Source: Thermodesulfobacteriota bacterium
Lineage (GTDB): Bacteria > Desulfobacterota_D > UBA1144 > Nemesobacterales > JAJCZQ01
Length of the DNA: 64,000 bases
NCBI GenBank assembly: GCA_965203965.1
Contig: CBDBDR010000017.1
Span: 1-64,000 of the forward strand
Direction: 5' to 3'
Part shown: positions 38,795 to 48,517 of the stretch, piece by piece
How positions within the stretch are numbered: the stretch's first letter is position 1
How the letters are laid out: each line of letters opens with the position of its first letter
Position numbers and translations under genes: made by a program
Notes under the pieces: generated by a model
Seen by the model: only the letters and a program-made list of their open reading frames with translations
Told to the model about the DNA's origin: nothing
Databases searched by the model: none

Positions 38795-39181
38795 TCATCT
38801 ATGATGTTTTGGAGATATAACTGCACAGTTTTTATAGAATGACTTAATCTTCTTGCGTGTATATTTTGATTTTTCCAGTCCCTCACAGATCAAGCCAATT
38901 AAATTTTTGTTCATATTTCTCTTGTATTCTATTTTGTTGTTGAAATTTTTCTCTAAATCTTTAACGGTCATAATTTGTGCATGTTTATAAACTACATAAC
39001 TGTCGTGCTTTATAAAACCGTGGTCTCTCTTGCCCAGGATACAAGTTTTATCATAATGCCCTGTATCGGGGTTAGAAGATATATTGACCACTATAACGCT
39101 TTCCTTATTTTCATACATACAAGGATTGTTTGCCAGTATAAACAGATGTTTTAAGTCGGGATCGGTCGTGTTGGGTGTTGA
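38795..39181 (-). pseudogene. 5'-truncated AT-rich hypothetical gene (PemK-like fold suspected) abutting the tRNA 3' end
   Basis: Frame open upstream of the tracked ATG (STPNTTDPDLKHLFILANNPC) to a stop at 39182-84; D.TCIL...DH.FIKHDSYV.Y motif. Confidence 0.5.
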
Positions 39182-39186
39182 TTATA

Positions 39187-39260
39187 TCGGGATGACTGGA
39201 TTTGAACCAGCGACCGCTCGCCCCCCAGACGAGTGCGCTACCGGACTGCGCCACATCCCG
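39187..39260 (-). tRNA. tRNA-Pro (GGG), CCA not encoded
   Basis: CGGGATG acceptor stem, anticodon arm CTCGT-CTGGGGG-GCGAG, GGTTCAAATCC T-arm. Confidence 0.97.
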
Positions 39261-39285
39261 ATCGGTAAACGGTAAAAATAAGACT

Positions 39286-39642
39286 TTATCCAAGTAATTT
39301 TTTTAAATGTTTAAGCTCCGTTAAAAGTTCTTCAATAATGTGCTTGTCGTTGTTTTTTTCCTTATTATCATTTGTTACCGATTTTTCTTTCAGTTTTTTT
39401 TTGGCACCTGCTATGGTGTAGTTTTGTTCATAGAGCATATTTTTAATCTTAAATATTGTATATATGGTTTCTCTATCATAAAGCCTTTGTGATTTTCTGC
39501 GTATTGGTACAATTTCATCAAATTCACTTTCCCAGTATCTCAAAACATAGGGTTTGATCCCCGTGTATTCACTGACTTCGCCGATCCTGAAATATATTTT
39601 ATCCGGTAAATTTAACTTTATATTGTTTGCTCTGTTCAGCAT
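39286..39642 (-). CDS. MerR-family transcriptional regulator
   Basis: YFRIGEVS...KPYVLRYWESEF, YTIAGAK; familiar merR-tRNA-Pro-surE order. Confidence 0.93.
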   Translation of the reverse strand: MLNRANNIKLNLPDKIYFRIGEVSEYTGIKPYVLRYWESEFDEIVPIRRKSQRLYDRETIYTIFKIKNMLYEQNYTIAGAKKKLKEKSVTNDNKEKNNDKHIIEELLTELKHLKKLLG

Positions 39643-39730
39643 AAACGCTTCACCTTTATTTGTTATTTACTGGTTTTATTATACTACATTTGCAGATTTG
39701 TTTAAGCAGTCTTGGAATAAGTGTTTATTG

Positions 39731-40324
39731 TCACCTAACGCCTTTATATGATAAACGATGTATTGGGCATGGACCATACTTCCTTATTGCCTCGTAATGC
39801 TCTTTTGTTGGATAACCTTTATTTTTAGTGAAGTTGTACTGCGGATATTCATTGTGTAGTTCTTCCATTATGCCATCTCTTGTTACTTTGGCAATAATTG
39901 ACGCGGCGGCAATAGATCGGCATTTTTTGTCCCCTTTGATAATTGTTTCTTGTTTTACGTCAATGCTTGTGGCCGTGTTACCGTCGATATAAACTATGTC
40001 AGGCTTTATCTTTAATCTACGAAGTCCAATTTCCATTGCCTTTATTGTGGCATTTAAAATATTTATCTTGTCAATTTCATCATTTTCAACGATACCGACT
40101 GAGTAGTCGCAGTTCTTCTTAATTGCACTGAAAAGTTTTTTTCGCTTTGAACGAGATAATAACTTGGAGTCATCTATACCATCAATTTGTATCGTGGATG
40201 AAAGAATAACACATGCTGCTACAACAGGTCCCGCAAGACAGCCTCTGCCTGCTTCATCCACTCCTACTGGTATTTTCCCGCTCTCCCAAAGTGGTTTTTC
40301 GTATTCGTATCCAGCGATCGACAA
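39731..40324 (-). CDS. rnhB: Ribonuclease HII
   Basis: GVDEAGRGCLAGPV, DSK, KGD, AASIIAKVTRD. Confidence 0.98.
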   Translation of the reverse strand: MSIAGYEYEKPLWESGKIPVGVDEAGRGCLAGPVVAACVILSSTIQIDGIDDSKLLSRSKRKKLFSAIKKNCDYSVGIVENDEIDKINILNATIKAMEIGLRRLKIKPDIVYIDGNTATSIDVKQETIIKGDKKCRSIAAASIIAKVTRDGIMEELHNEYPQYNFTKNKGYPTKEHYEAIRKYGPCPIHRLSYKGVR

Positions 40325-40330
40325 TTTATT

Positions 40331-41212
40331 TCAGGTTATAAGTCCGTAGTTCTTCAGTGCGTATTTGAGCTTGTCAAGATTTGTCTTTGACATTTCACAC
40401 AGTGGAAGTCTGAACTCCAACTCAATTTTATCCATCAGGGACAGAGCTCTTTTAACTGGAACGGGGTTTGTTTCCAAAAACAGGGCTTCATTAAGTGCCA
40501 GAAGATTATAATGGATTTTTCTTGCCCCATTAATATCGCCTGATGTGAACTTATTATAGAGTTCTGCAACTTCTTTTGGTGCTACGTTTGCCGTGACCGT
40601 TATAAATCCCTGTCCACCGATCGCGAGGATGGGAAAATTGATAGAGTCATCTCCCGAAAAAAGAGCAAAATCCATTCCACATAAACCGAGTATATTGCTT
40701 GCCTGTGCAAGCGAGCCGCTGGCTTCTTTGATGCCGACTATGGTATTACGACAGCTACTGTAAAGCCTATAAACGGTTTCCGGCTGAATGTTCACCCCTG
40801 TTCTCCCGGGGACGTTGTAGAGTATGAGGGGGATATCAACTTTGTCCGCTACCGCCTTGAAATGCTGGTAGATGCCTTCCTGTGTTGGCTTGTTGTAGTA
40901 GGGTGTTATAAGAAGAGAGGCATCCGCTCCGGCATTTTGGGCAAACTGCGTCAATGTGACTGCTTCTTGGGTGCTGTTTGAACCTGTACCTGCAATCACG
41001 GGAATTCTTTTGTTTACAACGTCAACAGTGAACTTTATGATGTTTTGGTGCTCTACATGAGAAAGTGTGGGTGATTCACCAGTAGTGCCGCATGGAACAA
41101 TTCCGTGAGTTCCATTCTCAATCTGGAACTCAATCAACTTCTCCATTGCAGTTTCATCAAATTTTTTGTCTTTGAACGGTGTAACGATCGCAACGATTGA
41201 GCCTTTAAGCAT
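40331..41212 (-). CDS. dapA: 4-hydroxy-tetrahydrodipicolinate synthase
   Basis: CGTTGES, GTGSNST, PYYNKP, YNVPGRT, GIKEASG. Confidence 0.98.
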   Translation of the reverse strand: MLKGSIVAIVTPFKDKKFDETAMEKLIEFQIENGTHGIVPCGTTGESPTLSHVEHQNIIKFTVDVVNKRIPVIAGTGSNSTQEAVTLTQFAQNAGADASLLITPYYNKPTQEGIYQHFKAVADKVDIPLILYNVPGRTGVNIQPETVYRLYSSCRNTIVGIKEASGSLAQASNILGLCGMDFALFSGDDSINFPILAIGGQGFITVTANVAPKEVAELYNKFTSGDINGARKIHYNLLALNEALFLETNPVPVKRALSLMDKIELEFRLPLCEMSKTNLDKLKYALKNYGLIT

Positions 41213-41218
41213 CCGATA

Positions 41219-41749
41219 TTATTTCTCTCCTGTTTTCTCTCCGCAATGACAACAATATACACTATTTTCAGGAATTTTTTTACCACATCCGTTACACAGA
41301 CGGTTTGCATCCTTGCTTTTGTTCAAGGCATCCTGAAACTCATCTAGGAAAACTTTAGCTTCCACCAATGAGTTAGGAGGAAAAGTTAGGATAGATTTTG
41401 AGTTTGAAGATTCAACGGTAAGATCTGGCATGTTGCCGTTTTCTTCATAGATGTGCCTTTCAATGAGATTCAAAGGGGTTTCGTGAAGTGTTTTGAGGTT
41501 TGAGCTATTTTTTGCGTGGATCAATCTTTCAGAAGTTACGATTGCGTATGTTCTATAAAATGTATTACTGGTGCGAGCAGTTTTTGTTCTATGAACAATC
41601 CTGTGGGTTTTAAGGCTTATTATAAAATTCTCCTTGATGTTCTGGAAGTTCAAATAGAGGTCTTCTCTGATTCGTTCCGGCAGCTTAAATGAGTCATCCC
41701 CAGTTGGATCTTTGAAGTGGTCAATGATTTTTTTAAGAAAATTGTTCAT
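41219..41749 (-). CDS. Hypothetical protein with possible bacterial PH-like domain and C-terminal zinc ribbon
   Basis: IVTSERLI segment; CNGCG...YCCHCG. Confidence 0.65.
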   Translation of the reverse strand: MNNFLKKIIDHFKDPTGDDSFKLPERIREDLYLNFQNIKENFIISLKTHRIVHRTKTARTSNTFYRTYAIVTSERLIHAKNSSNLKTLHETPLNLIERHIYEENGNMPDLTVESSNSKSILTFPPNSLVEAKVFLDEFQDALNKSKDANRLCNGCGKKIPENSVYCCHCGEKTGEK

Positions 41750-42774
41750 ATAGAATGTTGTGAAATAAGAAGCTCTGCTATCTGAATGGCGTTCAAGGCG
41801 GCACCTTTTCTAAGCTGGTCCCCGGCAACCCAGAGACTGATACCTTTTTCCACCGTGTGATCTTTCCTTATTCTGCCGACCAGACATTCATCTTTACCCG
41901 CTGTGTTAATGGGCATTGGATACAAGTTGTTTTTAGGGTCATCTGCAACTCTAATGCCCGGAAAGTTGTTGATTGCCTCTTTTGCAGTTTCTGGGGTTAT
42001 TTCTTTCTCAGTCTCTATGTTCAGGGAAATACAATGTGACCTGATAACCGGTACACGAACGGTGGTTGCGCTTATCTGTATTTTATTGTCTCCGAGTATT
42101 TTTCTTGTTTCATGATGGAGTTTCATTTCCTCTTTTGTGTAACCGTTTTCTTGGAATTTATCTATGAGAGGTATAACGTTGAACGCGATCGGATGGGGAA
42201 AAGTGTTATTTTCCATTTTACCCGGTTTATTATCAGCCCATGCCTTTGTCTGATTTTCCAATTCAATTATTCCCTCTGTTCCTGCACCGGATACTGCTTG
42301 AAAACTGGTTGCAACGACCCTTTTTATCTTTGCAAGGTTATAAAGGGGTTTCAAAGCCATAACTGCAACCGCTGTGGTGCAGTTGGGATTTGCAATGATT
42401 CCTTTTCTCTTATAGTTGGAGATAGCGTTGGGGTTTATCTCAGGAACAATCAAGGGCACGTTGTCGTCCAATCTATATGCCGAGCTGTTGTCTATAACCA
42501 CGGCACCTGCCTTGACTGCGTGTTTTGCGTATTCCCTTGACCTTGATGCACCGGCCGAAAACAGTACAACATCTAATCCACTAAAACAGTTATGGTTGAG
42601 TTCTTGGATAGTTGTACTTTTGCCATTAATGTTCTGTTCTTTGCCGGCGGATCTCCTTGAGGCAACAAGTCGCAACTCTCCAATGGGAAAACCTCGCTCG
42701 TTCAATATGTTTATCATTTCCCTTCCGACGGCGCCGGTGGAACCTACAATGGCAACATTATATTTATCTTTCAT
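41746..42774 (-). CDS. asd: Aspartate-semialdehyde dehydrogenase
   Basis: GSTGAVG, DNSS, IIANPNCTT, QAVSGAG, LRKGAALNA. Confidence 0.98.
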   Translation of the reverse strand: MKDKYNVAIVGSTGAVGREMINILNERGFPIGELRLVASRRSAGKEQNINGKSTTIQELNHNCFSGLDVVLFSAGASRSREYAKHAVKAGAVVIDNSSAYRLDDNVPLIVPEINPNAISNYKRKGIIANPNCTTAVAVMALKPLYNLAKIKRVVATSFQAVSGAGTEGIIELENQTKAWADNKPGKMENNTFPHPIAFNVIPLIDKFQENGYTKEEMKLHHETRKILGDNKIQISATTVRVPVIRSHCISLNIETEKEITPETAKEAINNFPGIRVADDPKNNLYPMPINTAGKDECLVGRIRKDHTVEKGISLWVAGDQLRKGAALNAIQIAELLISQHSI

Positions 42775-43219
42775 CTTGCTTGGAGTATTTTCTCTCTATT
42801 TCGTCTATTTTCCTTATGTTTTCCTCTTCCTCTCGTTCCGGTGATGAGTTGAACCATGCTTCGATGATCTCTTCGGCAACGGTCGGGGACGTTAATCTCA
42901 AGCTCATGGTTAGAACGTTTGCATCATTCCATTTTCTGGCACCTTTGGCAGTTTCTGCATCTGTGCAGAGAGCTGCTCTTATGCCCGGGACTTTGTTTGC
43001 TGCAATGGAAACACCTGTTCCTGACCAGCAGAAAAGTATTCCCTGGTCACATTCTTTACCTGAAACTTTTTCCGCAACTTCCCTCGCGACATCAGTCCAC
43101 TGGATGTTGTCATTTTTCAATGGTCCATGCATTTCCAATTCGATATCCATCTTCATTAACCTGTCAACTACAAAGTCTGTCAGGTGATTTTTTTCATCGC
43201 TTCCTATGGCAATTTTCAT
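42764..43219 (-). CDS. rpiB: RpiB/LacA/LacB-family sugar-phosphate isomerase
   Basis: IAIGSD, CWSGTGVSIAANKVPGIRAA, NDANVL. Confidence 0.88.
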   Translation of the reverse strand: MKIAIGSDEKNHLTDFVVDRLMKMDIELEMHGPLKNDNIQWTDVAREVAEKVSGKECDQGILFCWSGTGVSIAANKVPGIRAALCTDAETAKGARKWNDANVLTMSLRLTSPTVAEEIIEAWFNSSPEREEEENIRKIDEIERKYSKQDER

Positions 43220-43375
43220 GATTAGTTTGTTTATGTATTATTCATCAATATTGGGTTGTAGAATTTTAGCTGAGGTTAGAATATATAATATAATAACAAT
43301 CAAGTGGTTATATTAAAAACATAAATATAGTAAAATAAAGAAAAAAATTAATTAAAGAATAAAGGAGGAACAATT

Positions 43376-45844
43376 ATGAGAATAAAGAATTTTATCACTT
43401 TTATATCTTTTTTATTTTTGACATTCTGGCTAAGTTCGTTTGTTCAGGCAGGTGCTCCTCGCCCACAGGTTGATAAAACGCCGCAGGTTCAAGAAAAGCC
43501 ACCAGTTGAGGAGACGCGTAAAGTTGAAGAAACATCGCAGATAGAGAAAATGCCTCAGTTTGAGAAAACTTTTGAATTACTAATGGTAACTGCTACCAAG
43601 CGAGAATCTTCAGTGAAAGATGTGCCTTTCTCCCTGAATGTTCAATCTGAAGAGGACATTCAGCGTCTGAACACTTTCAACTTAGAAGATTTATCCCGCA
43701 ACGTAGCTGGGCTGTCCATACAGAACTTGGGTCCCGGGCAGAGCGTTGTGAACGTTCGTGGTATTTCGTCTGGGCAGGTAGTACGCGATCAACCCGGAAT
43801 AAAGGAGCAGGTGGGCATCTATCTGGATGAAACACCGATTTCCCTGTCATTGTTCACACCAGATATCGATCTTTTTGACGTGAATCGTGTGGAAACACTG
43901 AGGGGTCCGCAGGGTACCCTATTCGGTTCCGGTTCGATCGGTGGCACGGTTCGTTATATAACAAATCAACCCCAGCTGGGAGAAACCCAGGTCAACGCCG
44001 AGTATGATCTGAACAAAACCCAAGATGGTTCTATTGGTGGTCATTTTAAGACGGCTTTCAACATTCCTCTGGGTGATAATGCAGCTATTCGTATAGTTGG
44101 TTATGGAACCAAATACGCCGGCTTCATTGACGCTCTACGTAATACAGGTGGAGTGGATGATGACGTTAATGAAGGAAACCGTTACGGTGGTCGTATTGCT
44201 TTGAGGATAGAACCAACGGAAAATTTGTCTATTACGCCGCGTGTGGTCTATCAGAATATTGATATAGGAGGTTTCAACCGTGAGGATGTGTTCAACCTTT
44301 ATGCCGAGTCACTGGGGAAGCGTCAGCAATTTCTGATGTTGGATGAGGAATTTGAAGATGAGACCCTGATTCTTGATACGGTGTTTAAGTTGAGCAGGTT
44401 AGCAAATTTCTTTGATATTACATATTCAGTCAGTTACATCAAAAGGGATATTCTGGTGAGTCGTGATGCAAGTGCCTTAACTGGCAGTATTAGTATCTCT
44501 CCTTTTGCACTACCAGAAGCAGCGGTGCTTCTGCCTTCCAATCTGCGAGATACAACTGATTTAGGGCAGATTACTAATGAGTTGCGCTTCAGCTCAAATA
44601 ACGACAGTGCACTGCAATGGTTGGCAGGTTTTTTCTACTCAAATACGGAACGTGATTATTCACAGCGTCTCCCTACGCCGGGTTATGATCAGGCTTACGA
44701 TGACGGAGCGAGTCGTCCTCCTTTTCCCAACCGTGCAGACGTAGCAAATGGTTTTGATGATACAGACTCTCCGTATGTGTCCGACCTGACTTATGACCTA
44801 AGGCAAATAGCTGTTTTTGGAGAGGCAACATACACACTTCTTAATAGGTTCGGTTTAACCGCTGGATTACGTTATTACGACTGGAAAGAAGATAAGACCT
44901 TTAAGTCAGGTGGTGTTTTTTCTAATTCTAACGCACAAAATCAGGACGTTGTCGTTGAAGCCGATGGATTTGCTCCCAGATTCATTGTCAGCTATGACGC
45001 TACGGATCAAATTACGGTGAACGCACAGGTTTCTCGGGGATTTCGTCTCGGTGGTGTTAATGATCCACTGAACCAACCTGCCTGTGGAGATGATTATGCT
45101 ACTTACAGAAATTTTGAGGAATTTGAAGATGAGACTCTGTGGAACTATGAGATCGGTTTGAAATCATATTTTGATCGCGTTTCACTGAACGGTTCCGTTT
45201 TCTACACAGATATTGAAAATCTGGGTGTAAACGTGGATGCTGGCGGGTGTTCGTCGCGTGTTACCATCAATGTACCGGAAGCTCATACACTGGGTGCAGA
45301 ACTTGAGTTGTTTGTTCAACCTGTAGATCCTTTGCTGGTTATATTTGCCGGTAGTTATATACAGGCAGAGTTTGATTCCACTATCACGGGACAAAATGGA
45401 GAAGTAATTGAAGGCATAAGAGATGGTAATCGAATACCATCTGTTCCCGATTGGCAGTTATCCGCGTCTGCAAGGTATACTCTCCCGGGCATATTAGGCG
45501 CTAATGAGAGCTATATTTTCGGATCGTGGCAGTTTATTGGCGATCAGACCACACAGTCTGGCGATCAGGAACCCGGTGCCGGAAGAATTTCGCATGGCTT
45601 GGCTTTTGGACACCTGACGGGTAGTGAGGTTACTGATCTTGATCTACTCCTGGATTCCTACAACCTGTTCAACCTGAGTGCGGGAATGGTTTATGACAGA
45701 GTGGAGTTCATGCTTTACGTAAACAACATTACGGATGAAAATGTCAAATTATCATATGACCGCGAACGTGGTGGACGTGCCCGTCGTTCCTATCGCGTGG
45801 GTCAACCTCGCACCTTCGGACTGGTTGCGCGCACGTCCTTCTGA
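43376..45844 (+). CDS. TonB-dependent outer-membrane receptor
   Basis: Signal peptide, VTATKRE, plug RVETLRGPQGTLFG, C-terminal PRTFGL...F. Confidence 0.95.
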   Translation: MRIKNFITFISFLFLTFWLSSFVQAGAPRPQVDKTPQVQEKPPVEETRKVEETSQIEKMPQFEKTFELLMVTATKRESSVKDVPFSLNVQSEEDIQRLNTFNLEDLSRNVAGLSIQNLGPGQSVVNVRGISSGQVVRDQPGIKEQVGIYLDETPISLSLFTPDIDLFDVNRVETLRGPQGTLFGSGSIGGTVRYITNQPQLGETQVNAEYDLNKTQDGSIGGHFKTAFNIPLGDNAAIRIVGYGTKYAGFIDALRNTGGVDDDVNEGNRYGGRIALRIEPTENLSITPRVVYQNIDIGGFNREDVFNLYAESLGKRQQFLMLDEEFEDETLILDTVFKLSRLANFFDITYSVSYIKRDILVSRDASALTGSISISPFALPEAAVLLPSNLRDTTDLGQITNELRFSSNNDSALQWLAGFFYSNTERDYSQRLPTPGYDQAYDDGASRPPFPNRADVANGFDDTDSPYVSDLTYDLRQIAVFGEATYTLLNRFGLTAGLRYYDWKEDKTFKSGGVFSNSNAQNQDVVVEADGFAPRFIVSYDATDQITVNAQVSRGFRLGGVNDPLNQPACGDDYATYRNFEEFEDETLWNYEIGLKSYFDRVSLNGSVFYTDIENLGVNVDAGGCSSRVTINVPEAHTLGAELELFVQPVDPLLVIFAGSYIQAEFDSTITGQNGEVIEGIRDGNRIPSVPDWQLSASARYTLPGILGANESYIFGSWQFIGDQTTQSGDQEPGAGRISHGLAFGHLTGSEVTDLDLLLDSYNLFNLSAGMVYDRVEFMLYVNNITDENVKLSYDRERGGRARRSYRVGQPRTFGLVARTSF
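43466..43573 (+). repeat. Six imperfect 18-bp tandem units in the receptor N-terminus
   Basis: QVDKTP QVQEKP PVEETR KVEETS QIEKMP QFEKTF. Confidence 0.65.
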
Positions 45845-46612
45845 GTGAGTTATCTTGACACGGCAATCAAAGCTGCTACTGAGTCGGGTGGTATTTTACT
45901 TGCCAATCTCGGCAAGGCTGAAAAAGTGAATCTGAAGGCGAAAAACGATCTTGTAACGGAGATTGATTTGTTGTCTGAAAACTTGATAGTTGATCTGATA
46001 GTATCCAGTTACCCGACGCATTGCATACTTGCAGAAGAAGGCGGTCAGTCGGACAATAGTTCTGATTACAAGTGGTTGATTGATCCGCTTGACGGGACTA
46101 TGAACTATGCTCATTCGTACCCTTTTTTCTCCGTGTCCATTGCCATGGAGTATAAAGGCAAGGTTATACTTGGAGTGGTTTATGACCCTATCAAAGATGA
46201 AATGTTCAGTGCCGAAGTGGGTAAAGGTGCTTTTCTAAACGGGAACTTGATAAAACCATCTGGTGCCGACAAGTTGGAAAACAGTTTGCTTGCCACGGGA
46301 TTTTTACATGAAGATGAAAGGCTTGTGGAGATGAATCTGGTGAATTTTTGCAAATTTATCCGAGGTGCGAGAGGTGTGCGAAGGGACGGCTCGGCGGCGC
46401 TTGATCTGTGTTACGTTGCATGCGGAAGATACGATGGTTTTTGGGAGCTTGGACTTCACCCATGGGATACTGCGGCAGGTGCTTTCATTATTAAGGAGTC
46501 GGGTGGATTTGTTACAAATATCTCCGGCGGCGACTTTACGGATTATAAAGGTGAAATACTTGCATCCAACGGATTGATACACAAACGGATGGTTGAAGTA
46601 TTATCTTACTGA
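45845..46612 (+). CDS. suhB: Inositol monophosphatase family protein
   Basis: WLIDPLDGTMNY, GSAALDL, L.PWDTAAG. Confidence 0.93.
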   Translation: MSYLDTAIKAATESGGILLANLGKAEKVNLKAKNDLVTEIDLLSENLIVDLIVSSYPTHCILAEEGGQSDNSSDYKWLIDPLDGTMNYAHSYPFFSVSIAMEYKGKVILGVVYDPIKDEMFSAEVGKGAFLNGNLIKPSGADKLENSLLATGFLHEDERLVEMNLVNFCKFIRGARGVRRDGSAALDLCYVACGRYDGFWELGLHPWDTAAGAFIIKESGGFVTNISGGDFTDYKGEILASNGLIHKRMVEVLSY

Positions 46613-47464
46613 AATTCTGTATATACCAAGAATTATAAAACCTCCACCAATAATTAGTCCTGCGTCCAGTTTTGTTCCGAGTATTGCCCAATCAAGAACT
46701 AAACCGCAAACTGGCACCAGAAGTGAAGAATATGCCGTTACGTTCATATCTGATGTGTTCATGAGGTAAAACCAAAACGAAAAATTTACCGCCGAAGCTA
46801 TAACCCCGGTAAAAAGGATGGTGTATATTGAAAAATACGTCCATTCAACCTTCAAAAATCCTTCCGTGGATATTGCAAGGATAATTAAAAAGATCACTCC
46901 GATTATTTGCTGGTAGCCGTTGAGTAGAATGGGGTTGTTGTTTTTCAAGCGGAGTTTCATCCAGATATTTGCCACTGCCCATGAAATAGCTCCAAGAAGT
47001 ATAAGTATCTCGCCAAAGATTATATCTCTGTCCTGCTTGATCAACGTGTCCCATCCGAGTATGAAAACAATACCGATAAGTCCGGATAAACATCCGAGCC
47101 ACTGTTGCCGCCCCAATCTTTCTTTAACAAAAAAATGAAGCAGTAAGCTCGTCCAGATGGGCATTGTGTATAAAACTACGGCGGTTTTACCAGCGGCTAC
47201 AAATTTCATTCCATAGATTAAAAATCCAAACATTGCCGTGGTTTGAAGCAAGCCAAGCACTATATGGTCAATCTTAAAAAAAAATGAGATATTCAATGAT
47301 CTTCTTTTGAAGATTATTGGCAAAACAGCAAGTCCACCCACGGTAATTCTCAAAGCTACAAAGGTTAATGGCATCATGTATTGAAGAGCTTGCTTCATTA
47401 GCACCCACGAATAGCTCCAGGTTAGGATTACAAACGCCAGTATCAACAATTTAGAAAGGTTCAT
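46601..47464 (-). CDS. DMT/EamA-family transporter
   Basis: About 10 hydrophobic segments in two repeats; YTMPIW. Confidence 0.9.
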   Translation of the reverse strand: MNLSKLLILAFVILTWSYSWVLMKQALQYMMPLTFVALRITVGGLAVLPIIFKRRSLNISFFFKIDHIVLGLLQTTAMFGFLIYGMKFVAAGKTAVVLYTMPIWTSLLLHFFVKERLGRQQWLGCLSGLIGIVFILGWDTLIKQDRDIIFGEILILLGAISWAVANIWMKLRLKNNNPILLNGYQQIIGVIFLIILAISTEGFLKVEWTYFSIYTILFTGVIASAVNFSFWFYLMNTSDMNVTAYSSLLVPVCGLVLDWAILGTKLDAGLIIGGGFIILGIYRISVR

Positions 47465-47501
47465 TTTGCGATCTGAACAGATAGATAGAGTTACTGTGGA
47501 A

Positions 47502-47531
47502 TTGACAACCCGCGTTTTAGCAATATATAAT
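47502..47531 (+). promoter_or_regulatory. Consensus sigma70 promoter for etfBA
   Basis: TTGACA-18 bp-TATAAT. Confidence 0.7.
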
Positions 47532-47646
47532 TCATACTCTTTGTTTTAATTGTTATTATAGCGAAACAATCCAAGTCCTTGAAATGTGCTGAGGTTTTAA
47601 TTTCAAAAATATCCGTGAGTAGTCATAAATTAGGAGGTGCGACACT

Positions 47647-48486
47647 ATGAAAATTGTTGTATACGTGAGTCAAACTCTTGACACTGAAGCAAGGGTGTCG
47701 GTTTCGTCAGATGGAGACAGTATAAATACAGATGACGTTAAGTGGATACTGAATCCTTATGATGAATTTGCAATTGAAGAAGCAATTCAGACCAGAGAAA
47801 AACTCGGAGGAGAGGTGATCGTAGCAACCGCCGGACCAGCAAGAGCAATTGATGCCATTAGGCAAGCTCTTGCAATGGGTGCTGATTCTGGACTTCATAT
47901 AAAAGACGAGGGTTTTGCTGATACGGACAACCATACGTTGGCAAAAATTGCAGCAAGCGAGATCAAAAAAATTGAAGACGTGGAGTTTGTCTTAACTGGT
48001 ATGAAAGTTATAGACGATGAATCCGTTCAAGTCCCAGTTCAGTTGGCTGAGGGATTGGGTATTCCTCACGTTTCTCTTGTGAGCAAGGTAGTTGAAGTGA
48101 ACGAGGGTGAGAAAAAACTGGTTTGCCAGAAAGAAATAGACGGTGGTACCGAAATCGTAGAAGTTTCACTGCCTGCTTTAATTACTTGTCCCGACGCCAT
48201 GAATGAGCCCAGATATGCTTCGCTGCCGGGCATTATGAAAGCCAAGAAAAAACCGGTCAAAGAGGTTTCTCTGGATGAGGTAAATTTTGACAGTTTAGGT
48301 ATTTCAAGGGACATGGTGAGTAAAAACGGTTCAAAAGTGAAAACGGTAAAGATTGAGGTGCCTTTAGTATCCAGAAAACTCAAGGTTATAAAAGGCTCTG
48401 ATGATACTACCGTCAAAGGTGAGGAGATCGCTCAGTCAGTAAGCGAGTTGGTCAAGCTACTCAGAGACGATGCAAAGGTAATATAA
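47647..48486 (+). CDS. etfB: Electron transfer flavoprotein beta subunit
   Basis: LNPYDEFAIEEA, ALAMGAD, NEPRYASL.GIMKAKKK. Confidence 0.96.
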   Translation: MKIVVYVSQTLDTEARVSVSSDGDSINTDDVKWILNPYDEFAIEEAIQTREKLGGEVIVATAGPARAIDAIRQALAMGADSGLHIKDEGFADTDNHTLAKIAASEIKKIEDVEFVLTGMKVIDDESVQVPVQLAEGLGIPHVSLVSKVVEVNEGEKKLVCQKEIDGGTEIVEVSLPALITCPDAMNEPRYASLPGIMKAKKKPVKEVSLDEVNFDSLGISRDMVSKNGSKVKTVKIEVPLVSRKLKVIKGSDDTTVKGEEIAQSVSELVKLLRDDAKVI

Positions 48487-48517
48487 TTTTATTACAATTC
48501 AGGAGGAGGTCTTATAA

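Noticed and set aside
39155..39168. att-site duplicate of the tRNA 3' end (ATCCCGA)
   Set aside because: Only 7 bp and inside the truncated reading frame
39084..39293. Tracked ORFs overlapping the tRNA
   Set aside because: They are translations of tRNA-Pro
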